Shown piece after piece: positions 55,536-64,000 of a stretch of DNA of 64,000 nucleotides. The notes under the pieces are model-generated. The model had not been told where the DNA came from, searched no databases, and saw only the letters and a list, made by a program, of their open reading frames with translations. The first letter of the stretch is position 1. The number at the start of each line of letters is the position of its first letter. The position numbers were made by a program, and so were the translations under genes. Source of the DNA: Myxococcota bacterium (GTDB lineage: Bacteria > Myxococcota_A > UBA796 > GCA-2862545); NCBI GenBank assembly GCA_039208735.1, contig JBCCQY010000031.1, positions 1-64,000 on the forward strand. The letters are read 5' to 3'.

Positions 55536-56538
55536 GGTGCTCGTCACCGGCGCAGGCGGCTACATCGGAAGCGTGCTTTGTCAGGTCCTTTTAGACGAGG
55601 GCCATGCCGTGGTCGCCCTCGACCGGTTCTTCTTTGGCGACACGTTGGCCGAACACGACGGGCTGACCCGCCTGACGCGCGACATCCGCGACGTCGGGCC
55701 CGGAGACTTCGAAGGCGTCGATGCGGTGTTCGATCTCGCCGCCTTGTCGAACGATCCCACCGGTGACCTTGACCCCGCGCTGACGCGTGCCATCAATCAT
55801 GAGGGCCGGGTTCGCGTGGCCACCGCGGCGAAGGAAGCGGGCGTTGGCCGGTACATCCTGTCGAGCAGTTGCTCGATCTACGGCACGGGTGCACGCCGCA
55901 ACCTGCGGGAGGACGCACCGATCCAGCCTCTGACGGTGTATGCGAAGTCGAACCATGCCGCCGAACAAGACACCCGGGCCCTGGCCGACGACGACTTCGT
56001 GGTCACCGCACTCCGGAATGGAACGGTATTCGGCGTATCGCCTCGCATGCGCTTCGATCTCGTCATCAACATCATGACGCTGCATGCCTTCGAACGTGGA
56101 CGCATCCTGGTCACCGGCGGAGGTCGGCAATGGCGCCCCTTGGTGCACGTCGCGGACGTCGCTCAGGCCTTCCTCGCCACTCTCGCAGCGCCACCCGAGC
56201 AAGTCCAACGCGAGGTCTTCAACGTCGGCTGCGGAAACTTCCGCGTACGCACGGTCGCGTCCATTGTCCGAGAGGTGTTGCCCATTCCCGTGACCGTCGA
56301 AGTGGCCCCCGACGATGCCGACAAGCGCGACTACAGCGTGTCGTTCGACAAGCTCGAAACGCACGTTGGCTTCCGCGCCGAACGGTCCGTCGAAGAGGGC
56401 ATTCGCGAGGTCTACGACGCGTTGAAATTCGGCGACGTCGAAGCGAGCCCGCGGACGTCGACGGTGGGCTGGTACCGCCGACTCCTCGAAGCCAAGGCCC
56501 TGGTCGACGCCCTGGTCATCGATGGACGCTTGCTGTGA
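55528..56538 (+). CDS. NAD-dependent nucleotide-sugar epimerase/dehydratase
   Basis: TGAGGYIG, LAALSNDP, SSCSIYG, YAKSN, SPRMRFDL. Confidence 0.92.
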   Translation: MPKVLVTGAGGYIGSVLCQVLLDEGHAVVALDRFFFGDTLAEHDGLTRLTRDIRDVGPGDFEGVDAVFDLAALSNDPTGDLDPALTRAINHEGRVRVATAAKEAGVGRYILSSSCSIYGTGARRNLREDAPIQPLTVYAKSNHAAEQDTRALADDDFVVTALRNGTVFGVSPRMRFDLVINIMTLHAFERGRILVTGGGRQWRPLVHVADVAQAFLATLAAPPEQVQREVFNVGCGNFRVRTVASIVREVLPIPVTVEVAPDDADKRDYSVSFDKLETHVGFRAERSVEEGIREVYDALKFGDVEASPRTSTVGWYRRLLEAKALVDALVIDGRLL

Positions 56539-57485
56539 GGGCGTTGCCCGACATCGGGGTGGTCGTGCCCCTGTTCAACGAGGAGGCCTTGGTCGACGAA
56601 CTGGTCCGCCGTCTTTCGGCCGCCCTGTCCGGCATCACCGCTCACTGGGTGGTCTGGCTCGTCGATGACGGTTCCCGCGATGCGACGTGGAAGGGCATCG
56701 AAGCTGCGTCAATGGCAGAACCGCGCGTGCGGGGACTGCGCTTTTCGCGGAACTTCGGCCAGCACGTCGCCATCAGCGCAGGGCTCGATCACGCTGATGC
56801 GCACTACGTCGTGGTCATGGATGGTGACCTGCAGGACCTTCCCGAGACGATTCCCGAGTTGTATGCCAAGGCAACGGAGGGATGGGACGTGGTGCTTGTC
56901 GAGCGCAAGGACCGCCCCATTGGCTGGCTCTACGGGCTCGCGCAGCGCACGTTCTACGGCGTCCTCAAGTTCCTTGCACGCACCGAATACAACCCGGCGT
57001 TCGGGAACTTCAGCATTCTCGCCCGCAAGGTCGTCGTGGCCTACCGGTCGTTGTCCGAAGGCAGCCGATTCTTCGGGGGATTGGTGTTCTGGTTGGGCTT
57101 TCAACGCACCACCATCACCGCTCCCCACGGGGAACGGTTCGCGGGCCCCCCGAGCTACAACCTGCGACGCCGGCTCCGCCTCGCGAGCGACATCATCATC
57201 GCGTACAGCGTACGACCCCTGCACTTCGCCGTGCTGCTCGGCGTCATTTCGACGGTGTTTTCCTTCGGGTACGGCTGCACCATCATCTACAAGGCCCTGT
57301 TCGACACCGGCATGGTCGAAGGCTGGGCCTCCCTCATCGTCTCGATCTACTTCGTAGGCGGCGTGATCATGACGCTGCTCGGTCTCAACAGCATCTACCT
57401 GGGGCGGGTCTACCAAGAGCTGAAACGCCGCCCCCTGTACGTGGTGAGCGAACTTGCCTCGCCCAAGACGACCGACGATGCCTGA
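56535..57485 (+). CDS. GT2 polyprenyl-phosphate glycosyltransferase (ArnC/GtrB-like)
   Basis: VVPLFNEE, VDDGSRD, SRNFGQH, MDGDLQD; two C-terminal TMs; RPLYVV. Confidence 0.93.
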   Translation: MRALPDIGVVVPLFNEEALVDELVRRLSAALSGITAHWVVWLVDDGSRDATWKGIEAASMAEPRVRGLRFSRNFGQHVAISAGLDHADAHYVVVMDGDLQDLPETIPELYAKATEGWDVVLVERKDRPIGWLYGLAQRTFYGVLKFLARTEYNPAFGNFSILARKVVVAYRSLSEGSRFFGGLVFWLGFQRTTITAPHGERFAGPPSYNLRRRLRLASDIIIAYSVRPLHFAVLLGVISTVFSFGYGCTIIYKALFDTGMVEGWASLIVSIYFVGGVIMTLLGLNSIYLGRVYQELKRRPLYVVSELASPKTTDDA

Positions 57486-58221
57486 CCCGCGTGAAGCGAA
57501 GCGGGTCATCCGTCAACCCTTCGACGAAGCGATCTTCGGGGTGCCGTACTTTCGGATTCCTAACCCCGATGCAGAGGGGCTCACGAGCGCCTTTGAAACT
57601 GCGCTGGCCCCCCACTCCACCGCCAAGGCCGACGCCCGGCCCGCGGTCGAGGCTCGAGCCACCCTGTCCCGACTTGAGGGCCTCGGTTTTCATCGGGTGT
57701 GCACCCAGGTGACGTTTCATGCCGCCGCTGCGATGACGCCGCCAGACCCGGCAATCGTCGAAGCGGACCGCTGGACACTGTCACCGGACGACCTCGATGC
57801 GCGTGCCCTAGGCTTTGTCTTTTCTCGATTCGCTCAAGATGTGAAGACCGCCCCCCAGCTCGCTCAGCGCTGGATCCGCACCTGGCTCGCCAACTCGGTG
57901 TCGGGGCGACGACGGGTGCTCGCCTTGGGGCCGGATGTGGTCACGTGGGCTCCGCCCGATAAGCAGGGCGTCCTCACCATCGATCTGGTGTCCGTGCTGC
58001 GCGCGGGCCAAGGCCATGGGTCGCGACTCATCCTGCACCTGCGGGGCCTTGCCGGCCGGCTGGGCGCCTCTCGGGTCCAGGTGACCACCGAAGCCGAGAA
58101 CGTTGCTGCCCAACGCCTCTATACACGCTGTGGCTTCGAACTGGACCATGCGCGAGCCTGCCTCCACTACACGCACAAACGCGCACACCATCCAACGAGC
58201 CCCTCGTCCACCACGGACTAG
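57478..58221 (+). CDS. GNAT acetyltransferase (WecD-like)
   Basis: FDEAIFG, SRF..D, GQGHG, VTTEAENVAAQRLYTRCGF. Confidence 0.8.
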   Translation: MPDPREAKRVIRQPFDEAIFGVPYFRIPNPDAEGLTSAFETALAPHSTAKADARPAVEARATLSRLEGLGFHRVCTQVTFHAAAAMTPPDPAIVEADRWTLSPDDLDARALGFVFSRFAQDVKTAPQLAQRWIRTWLANSVSGRRRVLALGPDVVTWAPPDKQGVLTIDLVSVLRAGQGHGSRLILHLRGLAGRLGASRVQVTTEAENVAAQRLYTRCGFELDHARACLHYTHKRAHHPTSPSSTTD

Positions 58222-58241
58222 TCGACACCTGGAGGTCGACG

Positions 58242-60368
58242 ATGCCCGTGCTGCTCCCCTTCGCACTCGTGCTCGGAGCTTGCGAACCTGCCCCATCGAA
58301 CCCAGGCCTTTCGCTAGCGCCGCTGCTGCCCCAGTTCGACGCCGAAATCGACGCCATCCTCCTCGAGGAATGGGCCCAACAGAACCTCCCTGGCCTGTCG
58401 GTGGCGGTGCTGGTCGGCGAGGACCTCATCCATGTCGGGACCTACGGTTACTCCGACCTCGACGCGGGCCAACCTGTCGAAGACGATGACCTGTTCGCCA
58501 TGAACTCCATGTCGAAGATGCTCACCGCGGTGGTCGCCAAGAAGCTTGCCTTGCAGGCGCCGAACGACTTTTCGCTCAACGACGAGGTCCGCCTGCACGT
58601 GCCTTCGTTTGCCGAATCGGGCCCGAACGACCCGAATTACGCTTGGCGCGAGCAGATGACAGTTGCCCAGCTGTTGTCGAACACCGGCGGGCTCGTCCAC
58701 TACTCGAAGCTCGGTGACAAGAGCGCCCAAGACACGTTCAACGACCCGGATGCGGATTGGTTCGATGGTGTGGCGTCGATGGCGGTGTACGCCCCGCTCG
58801 ACATGGTGCATGAACCCGGCGACATCTACCACTACTCGTCGTACGGCTTCAACCTTGTAGGCACCGTGGTCGATGCCGCGGGTCAGGCGATCGACGGCCG
58901 CGGCTACCAAGCTCGCGTCCTGGAAGACATCGCGGACGCGTACGGCATGGAACACCTGCAGCCGGATACCGGCGATACGCCTGGTAAGGCCCGTCGCCAC
59001 AACCTCGACACCTGCACAGGTCGCTTCAACCCCCAAGGCTGGACCCACAGTCGAGTCTACATGCTTCCCGGCAGCGGTTGGCTCTCGACCCCGAGTTCGC
59101 TCGCCGCATTTGCGCGAGGTCTGCTCGCCGAGCCCGCGAGCGTGACTGGCGATCTGTGGGCCGCCCAAAACAGCCTCGATCGCTTCCGTTCGTCGGTCGA
59201 GGACGGTGAATGCGTACTCGATCCCGTGTTGAACAACGGCAATCCCGTGGTCACGGACTATGGCTACGGCTTTTCCCGCGGGGGATTCGCATCGAACAAC
59301 GCCCCCAACACGGTGGGGCATGGCGGGTCTCATCCACGCGGAGGCGGCGCGAAGTCGTTGACCACGATCGCGGTCGACCATGACTACGCGATCGTGTTGA
59401 TGACGAACGGAAGCGCCTGGAGCAGCGGTCGCATTCGCAACCGAATCCAGCGCGTGCTCGAGACCCGTCGCATGGATCAGGGGCTGTCGAATCAGATCGT
59501 GAATCCGCCGGCGAAGGTCTACAACCTCTCGGGTCAGGCGTGCCCCGCGTCCAATTGCCCTCGGACCCAGTTCGCCGGCACTTGGCGACCGGATCGCCCG
59601 CTCACTGTGGCCCGCTACTCCCAAAGCACCATCGAGTTGATCAATCAGCTCAATGAGCTGCTTCGAGCCGGCTTCGTGGTGGAGGACCTCGATGTACGTC
59701 CGCCCGATGCCACCCCCACCCCGACCTCGCGGGCCGGGGTCGATCTGCTACCTACGTTCAATGCGCTCTTTGTGCAGGTCGAAGGGTCGCCAATCGGCCG
59801 TCGTCGGTATGCGGTCAACCAACCACTCTCGACCTTCGACAGCACCACAAGCGACCACGAGACCGATGGCTACGAACTGCTCGACCTCGAGATTTACGAC
59901 GTGGGCGGGGGCGACTTACGGTGGGCCGCCGTCTATGCCGACGACCTCCCCGCCCGGCGCGGGGGGCTCGACCTCTCCGACCGCGAGCTGCTCGCGGAGG
60001 CCTCAGACCAAGCTCGCGACGGGTACTACCCGGTCGACCTCTCGTCGACGGGTGAGATCGATGGAAGCGCTCGCTACGCGGTCGTCTTCGAGGAACGTGA
60101 GGATCGGACGGTCATCGACCTGCGCTACACCATGCCTTCGTTCCCCACGAATCCTGCCACCCAGTTTGGAACGTTGGTGCCCAACATCCTCGATGTCGAT
60201 TTTCGAGATAATGGGCGGATTATCGAAGCAGTCGTAGCACAAGCTCCGACCGTCAATCGTCCGCCGGTCGTCAACGGCATGGACTGGTGTGGATTGGTGA
60301 CGGAAATTCAGGACCGATGGCCGCTCGCCAACGAAACGACCTTCCTGGTTGACCTTGACGAATACTGA
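58242..60368 (+). CDS. Serine hydrolase (beta-lactamase/PBP-like) lipoprotein with C-terminal tandem repeats
   Basis: LVLGA-C; SMSK, YSS, GHGG; three repeats GFVVEDLDV / GYELLDLEIY / GYYPVDLSS. Confidence 0.85.
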   Translation: MPVLLPFALVLGACEPAPSNPGLSLAPLLPQFDAEIDAILLEEWAQQNLPGLSVAVLVGEDLIHVGTYGYSDLDAGQPVEDDDLFAMNSMSKMLTAVVAKKLALQAPNDFSLNDEVRLHVPSFAESGPNDPNYAWREQMTVAQLLSNTGGLVHYSKLGDKSAQDTFNDPDADWFDGVASMAVYAPLDMVHEPGDIYHYSSYGFNLVGTVVDAAGQAIDGRGYQARVLEDIADAYGMEHLQPDTGDTPGKARRHNLDTCTGRFNPQGWTHSRVYMLPGSGWLSTPSSLAAFARGLLAEPASVTGDLWAAQNSLDRFRSSVEDGECVLDPVLNNGNPVVTDYGYGFSRGGFASNNAPNTVGHGGSHPRGGGAKSLTTIAVDHDYAIVLMTNGSAWSSGRIRNRIQRVLETRRMDQGLSNQIVNPPAKVYNLSGQACPASNCPRTQFAGTWRPDRPLTVARYSQSTIELINQLNELLRAGFVVEDLDVRPPDATPTPTSRAGVDLLPTFNALFVQVEGSPIGRRRYAVNQPLSTFDSTTSDHETDGYELLDLEIYDVGGGDLRWAAVYADDLPARRGGLDLSDRELLAEASDQARDGYYPVDLSSTGEIDGSARYAVVFEEREDRTVIDLRYTMPSFPTNPATQFGTLVPNILDVDFRDNGRIIEAVVAQAPTVNRPPVVNGMDWCGLVTEIQDRWPLANETTFLVDLDEY

Positions 60369-60378
60369 GTCTCCGAAG

Positions 60379-61719
60379 CTATGCGGCCCGCGCGTCGTCG
60401 AGAGCATCGTCGGAGTGGCCGTAGCCGAGCCACCATCCCCGCAACGCCCACATCGTCAGGGGCAGGAGGGTGACCAAACCAAGCCCAATCGCCAAACTCC
60501 GCGCGGCCAGGCCTGCGGGCTCGGCCCACGGAATCCAAGGCCCCAACACGGCCCCGAGTGCGTCGCCAAACTGGTCCCCGACTTGCCCGAACACCCCGTT
60601 TGAAAGCGCTAACGTAAAGGTGAAGGCCGCGTGTTCGGTGGAGAACACCCGCCCTCGCACCACCGAGGGCGTGAGCTGCTGAAGTCGGATCGTCGAAAAG
60701 ACCCAAATCGTCGCACCTCCAAGATGGGCAAAGATGAGGAGGGCCGCAGCGATCGGTAGCGACGGTGCGAACCCCAACAGCGTGTAGCCCACCATGCACA
60801 TCCCAAGCGACACGAGCACCGCACGCTCCATCGACCGAGGTTCGCTTTGGGTCAGCCATCGCGAAACGAACGGACCCACGCCGGTCCCGATGCCCCGGGC
60901 CACATACAGTGCGGCGACCGAAAGGAACGGCCAACCGGCCATCTGAAACGCGGTCTCCCCGAGCAGGGTGAGCACCAGCGTGCGCGCACCGGTGAGCGAC
61001 CAGGTTGGTTTGATCAACGCCAAGCTCCAGACCCGCGGCCGCTGGAGCATCCACACCGCGCCATTCCACAGGTCCCGCAAGCCCAACATCTCGAACAGGG
61101 TTTTGGCGGGCGCGCGAGGGGCTCGCTCGACGGCGGGCTCACGAATGCGCATCAGGAATACGGCTGACACGAGGTAGCTCACCGCGTCGAGCAGCAGGGC
61201 AAGCTCCCAACCCAGGAGATCGGTGAACAGCCCGCCGGTCGCTGCACCCACGGCGAGCATCAGCGACCAGGTCGCAGCAGAAACCGCATTCGCAGCGGTG
61301 AGTTCCTCGGACCGCACCAGATCGGGAAACAACGCGTTGCGCGCAGGTTCGAACACTGCCGAAAGCAGAGTTTGTATCACCACAAGAGTGTACAGCAGCG
61401 TCACGTTCGGCACGAATACCAAGCCGAGCATGGCATACACCACCCACGCTCGGCCGAGGTCCGCTGCCACCATGAGATTGCGTCGCGGCAGGCGGTCAGC
61501 GAGCACGCCGCCCAACGGCGCGAGGACCCCCGGCAGCGACTTCAGGATGAGAACCACGGCGAACCCCGTCGCCGAAACATCTCCAAACGCCCGTAGCATC
61601 GCAAGAATGGCGAGCAGGTTGAACCAATCACCGAACAGGCTGACGATGCGTCCGGCAAAGAGATTTCGAAAATCCCGATTGTCGCGAAAAAGCTCTACGT
61701 ACCCGACCGTGCGGACCAA
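60379..61719 (-). CDS. MFS transporter (DHA3/H+ antiporter-like)
   Basis: FRNLF.GRIVSLFGDWF, GVLADRLPRR, FEPARNA, RGRVFS. Confidence 0.9.
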   Translation of the reverse strand: MVRTVGYVELFRDNRDFRNLFAGRIVSLFGDWFNLLAILAMLRAFGDVSATGFAVVLILKSLPGVLAPLGGVLADRLPRRNLMVAADLGRAWVVYAMLGLVFVPNVTLLYTLVVIQTLLSAVFEPARNALFPDLVRSEELTAANAVSAATWSLMLAVGAATGGLFTDLLGWELALLLDAVSYLVSAVFLMRIREPAVERAPRAPAKTLFEMLGLRDLWNGAVWMLQRPRVWSLALIKPTWSLTGARTLVLTLLGETAFQMAGWPFLSVAALYVARGIGTGVGPFVSRWLTQSEPRSMERAVLVSLGMCMVGYTLLGFAPSLPIAAALLIFAHLGGATIWVFSTIRLQQLTPSVVRGRVFSTEHAAFTFTLALSNGVFGQVGDQFGDALGAVLGPWIPWAEPAGLAARSLAIGLGLVTLLPLTMWALRGWWLGYGHSDDALDDARAA

Positions 61720-61824
61720 GCGGCCTCCCTGGCTTCGTCAGGTATCGACAGGAGCTTGGCAACGGCATCGCTTGATGACCCACGGAGAGCGGTTATTCCC
61801 CGGCCAGCAATCACGGAGGATCGC

Positions 61825-62697
61825 GTGGAGGACCTGGAATCGAGCCTTGCGAAGGTGGAGGCGCTGCCTCGGGAGCAGGTCCCGTCGGCGCTTGCCGCGA
61901 TGGCAGGTGACATTCCGGCGACGTTGCTCACGGGCGGCAATACGCCTGGTCGCCTCGTGTCGATCCTCGTGGATGTGATCCACAAAGGACTGGGGACCGG
62001 TCGGGAGCGCCTCGCGATTGGCGAGCTGCTCGGTCGCATCGGTGATCCACGGCTTCGCACGCCCGATGATTCCGACTACTGGGTCCGTGTGCCTTATGAA
62101 GGCAGCACCGTCGTCATCGGCAAATACCCTGTCACCAACCATGAATTTGCCGCATGGGCAGATGCGGGCGGCTACGACAACCGGGCCACTTGGTCGGACG
62201 ATGGGTGGGCCTGGCGCGAGAAGTGCTCCGACCCCTGGCCCATCAACGCCAAGCAGCCCGATGCCGACGCCTTTGTGGTTGCCAATCAGCCGGTGGTTGG
62301 CGTGACGTTTTGGGAGGCCGAGGCCTTCGCTGCGGCCCACGGTGCGCGACTGCCCCGCGAAGACGAACGCATCTGGGTGGTGAGGGGGTCTGAAAAGCGT
62401 CCCTACCCCTGGGGCAGCCCCTTCCGAGAAGGCGACGCCAACACCCAAGAAGAAGTTCTCGGCCGCCCCTCGGCGGTGGGGCTTTACGTCAAGGATCGCA
62501 CCCCCGAAGGGGTCTACGACCTCGCGGGCAACGTGGCCGAGTGGACCTGCGATCCCGACCCGGAAGGCACCCGCCGGCTCGTCCACCCCGGGAGCTGGGA
62601 TCAGCCTTCGATGGCGGCATGGGCCAAGGCCAAGGAATACCGTGGCACCGACGACCGTGGCGCGGCGCTGGGCTTCCGCATCAGCCGCGACGCATAA
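61825..62697 (+). CDS. Formylglycine-generating enzyme (FGE/SUMF1-like, FGS) domain protein
   Basis: IGKYPVTN, PVVGVTF.EA, RLP...E, YPWG, DLAGNVAEW, GFR; N-terminal LGRIGDPR; GGAGGA RBS. Confidence 0.88.
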   Translation: MEDLESSLAKVEALPREQVPSALAAMAGDIPATLLTGGNTPGRLVSILVDVIHKGLGTGRERLAIGELLGRIGDPRLRTPDDSDYWVRVPYEGSTVVIGKYPVTNHEFAAWADAGGYDNRATWSDDGWAWREKCSDPWPINAKQPDADAFVVANQPVVGVTFWEAEAFAAAHGARLPREDERIWVVRGSEKRPYPWGSPFREGDANTQEEVLGRPSAVGLYVKDRTPEGVYDLAGNVAEWTCDPDPEGTRRLVHPGSWDQPSMAAWAKAKEYRGTDDRGAALGFRISRDA

Positions 62698-62713
62698 CAG
62701 TTAGGTACGCGCG

Positions 62714-63652
62714 ATGGCGCGGCTCGACTCCACTCGGCGAGCAACCTGGGCGTCTCGGCCAACCGTTTGGCCGGGTACGGTCTCTGATGACACGTTCGCC
62801 CGCCTGCAAGCGTTGGCGCACTGCCTTTCTGACTCGGCCCACGAGGCGATGTGGTCGACGGGTGACCTCCACCGCACCGAAGCGGTGTTCGGACTTTTGC
62901 ATCGCCTGTCTCAGCCCGAAGTCAACGCGCTGGCCGGGCCGGCGCTCACGCTGACCGACGCCGGCGTGCCCTTTTCGTGCGTGTTGCTGACCCCCGAGGC
63001 TCCTTGCGCCACCGAGGGCTCCGTCTTCGCATCGTTCGACCGGGCTTTTGGCGACTACGGCTGGGCGTTGCGCCTGCGCCGACCCTTGCCCGACGAGGTT
63101 GATGTCGCTCCGATCCTCCAGTCGTTGCGGCTGTGGTTCACGGCCCGGTCCATGGTCGCGGACACCCCGCTTACCGTGACCTACGACGATGACGCGCTGT
63201 CGCTCGAGTTTACGCTCCTCGAGGGGCTCAGCGGGGGTCGCCTCGTGACGTTGGGCCCTCGTACACGGCCCCCCGTCCGCAGCCTCGAAGCGGCGTTGAA
63301 GCAGACGGACGGAGCTCCGGTGGTGGTGGTCCGTGCCGCCCAGGCGTTTGGTCGCCAAGGGCTGCTGAGCGCGCTCTACGGCCCCGCGCAATCCACCGAG
63401 ACCTGCTCGGGAGCAAGCCCGACCTTCCGTTCGACCGTGGGTCGGGCAGGGTGGTTTGCTGACCATCCGGAAGTCGGAGAAGTGTGGTGGCTGGATCCCG
63501 CCTTGCCACCCGACCCCTTCGGACGGATGCGACGATTCATCAATCCCTGGGGTCCTACGAATTCGGTGGTCCCACAGTGTGACGGAACCGTGCACGCCCA
63601 GGCCACCAACGAAAAGCGCGCGACCCTGGAATGGGTCGGTGGAGGTCGCTGA
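62714..63652 (+). CDS. Hypothetical protein
   Basis: 312-aa ORF filling the gap; stop overlaps the tdk start (TGATG). Confidence 0.65.
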   Translation: MARLDSTRRATWASRPTVWPGTVSDDTFARLQALAHCLSDSAHEAMWSTGDLHRTEAVFGLLHRLSQPEVNALAGPALTLTDAGVPFSCVLLTPEAPCATEGSVFASFDRAFGDYGWALRLRRPLPDEVDVAPILQSLRLWFTARSMVADTPLTVTYDDDALSLEFTLLEGLSGGRLVTLGPRTRPPVRSLEAALKQTDGAPVVVVRAAQAFGRQGLLSALYGPAQSTETCSGASPTFRSTVGRAGWFADHPEVGEVWWLDPALPPDPFGRMRRFINPWGPTNSVVPQCDGTVHAQATNEKRATLEWVGGGR

Positions 63653-64000
63653 TGGTGCCGGTCGCCCACCCCTTTGGAACGGGGTGGATCGAGGTGATCA
63701 CGGGTTGCATGTTCTCGGGCAAGACCGAGGAACTCATCCGTCGGCTCAACCGGGCGCGCTACGCGACCCCCCACGTAGTGGTGTTCAAACCGCGAGTCGA
63801 CGACCGGTTTGCCGCCGAGCACGTGGTTTCACATTCAGATCTTCGGTTTCCCTCGATCGCTGTGGACACTCCAAGCCAAATCGCCCGCCAGGTGGAGCAC
63901 GCCACGGTGGTGGGTATCGACGAAGCGCAGTTCTTCGATGACTCCCTCGTGGAGGTTGCCGAACACCTTGCGGCAGAGGGGCGCCGAGTGATTGTGGCGG
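63652..64000 (+). CDS. tdk: Thymidine kinase (runs off the window end)
   Basis: IEVITGCMFSGKTEELIRR, FKPRVDDR, VSHS, GIDEAQFFD read directly from the sequence. Confidence 0.93.
   Translation, partial: MVPVAHPFGTGWIEVITGCMFSGKTEELIRRLNRARYATPHVVVFKPRVDDRFAAEHVVSHSDLRFPSIAVDTPSQIARQVEHATVVGIDEAQFFDDSLVEVAEHLAAEGRRVIVA

Noticed and set aside
54411..57485. Assigning arnB/arnC symbols
   Set aside because: arnA, arnD and arnEF equivalents are absent, so the sugar is probably not L-Ara4N.
312..59624. Many long antisense or alternate-frame ORFs (e.g. 312-1697+, 5118-6428+, 17390-18736+, 36413-37834+, 53108-54412-, 58314-59624-)
   Set aside because: They are shadow ORFs expected in high-GC DNA: they overlap motif-bearing genes and have Arg/Gly/His-rich, motif-free translations.
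61825..62697. FGS/C-type-lectin-fold gene as a diversity-generating retroelement target
   Set aside because: No reverse transcriptase and no template-repeat copy of its 3' end were seen in the window.
1..64000. CRISPR arrays, tRNA/rRNA genes, IS elements, integrases, prophage genes
   Set aside because: Intergenic gaps are short, and I saw no regularly spaced repeats, cloverleaf-like sequences or recombinase/phage motifs. This was a by-eye check only.

Overview
High-GC, densely coding bacterial chromosome segment with about 59 protein genes. The gene content (many small lipoproteins, a Hanks-type Ser/Thr kinase, FHA-like and TIGR02996 domains) suggests Myxococcota or a similar lineage; this is an inference. 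I saw no rRNA, tRNA, CRISPR array, integrase or transposase. Most genes are ordinary accessory metabolism: hydrolases, oxidoreductases, MFS/SSS transporters, TetR regulators, sodN-sodX, an amino-sugar surface-modification operon and a truncated tdk. The most unusual region is 3.8-11.9 kb. There, a stand-alone SLOG-like nucleotide-processing protein converges on a membrane protein with two RCK/TrkA-like domains and a RyR domain. That gene is divergent from a translationally coupled three-gene operon: a Tat-lipoprotein with an L,D-transpeptidase-like His/Cys motif and PG-binding domain, a degenerate FHA-TM-trypsin protease, and a TPR-pseudokinase. This is a candidate conflict or envelope-signalling system. 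A second window-wide oddity is a set of very short, uncharged lipoprotein signal peptides. All family calls come from reading motifs by eye, not from database searches, and start codons were refined by eye.
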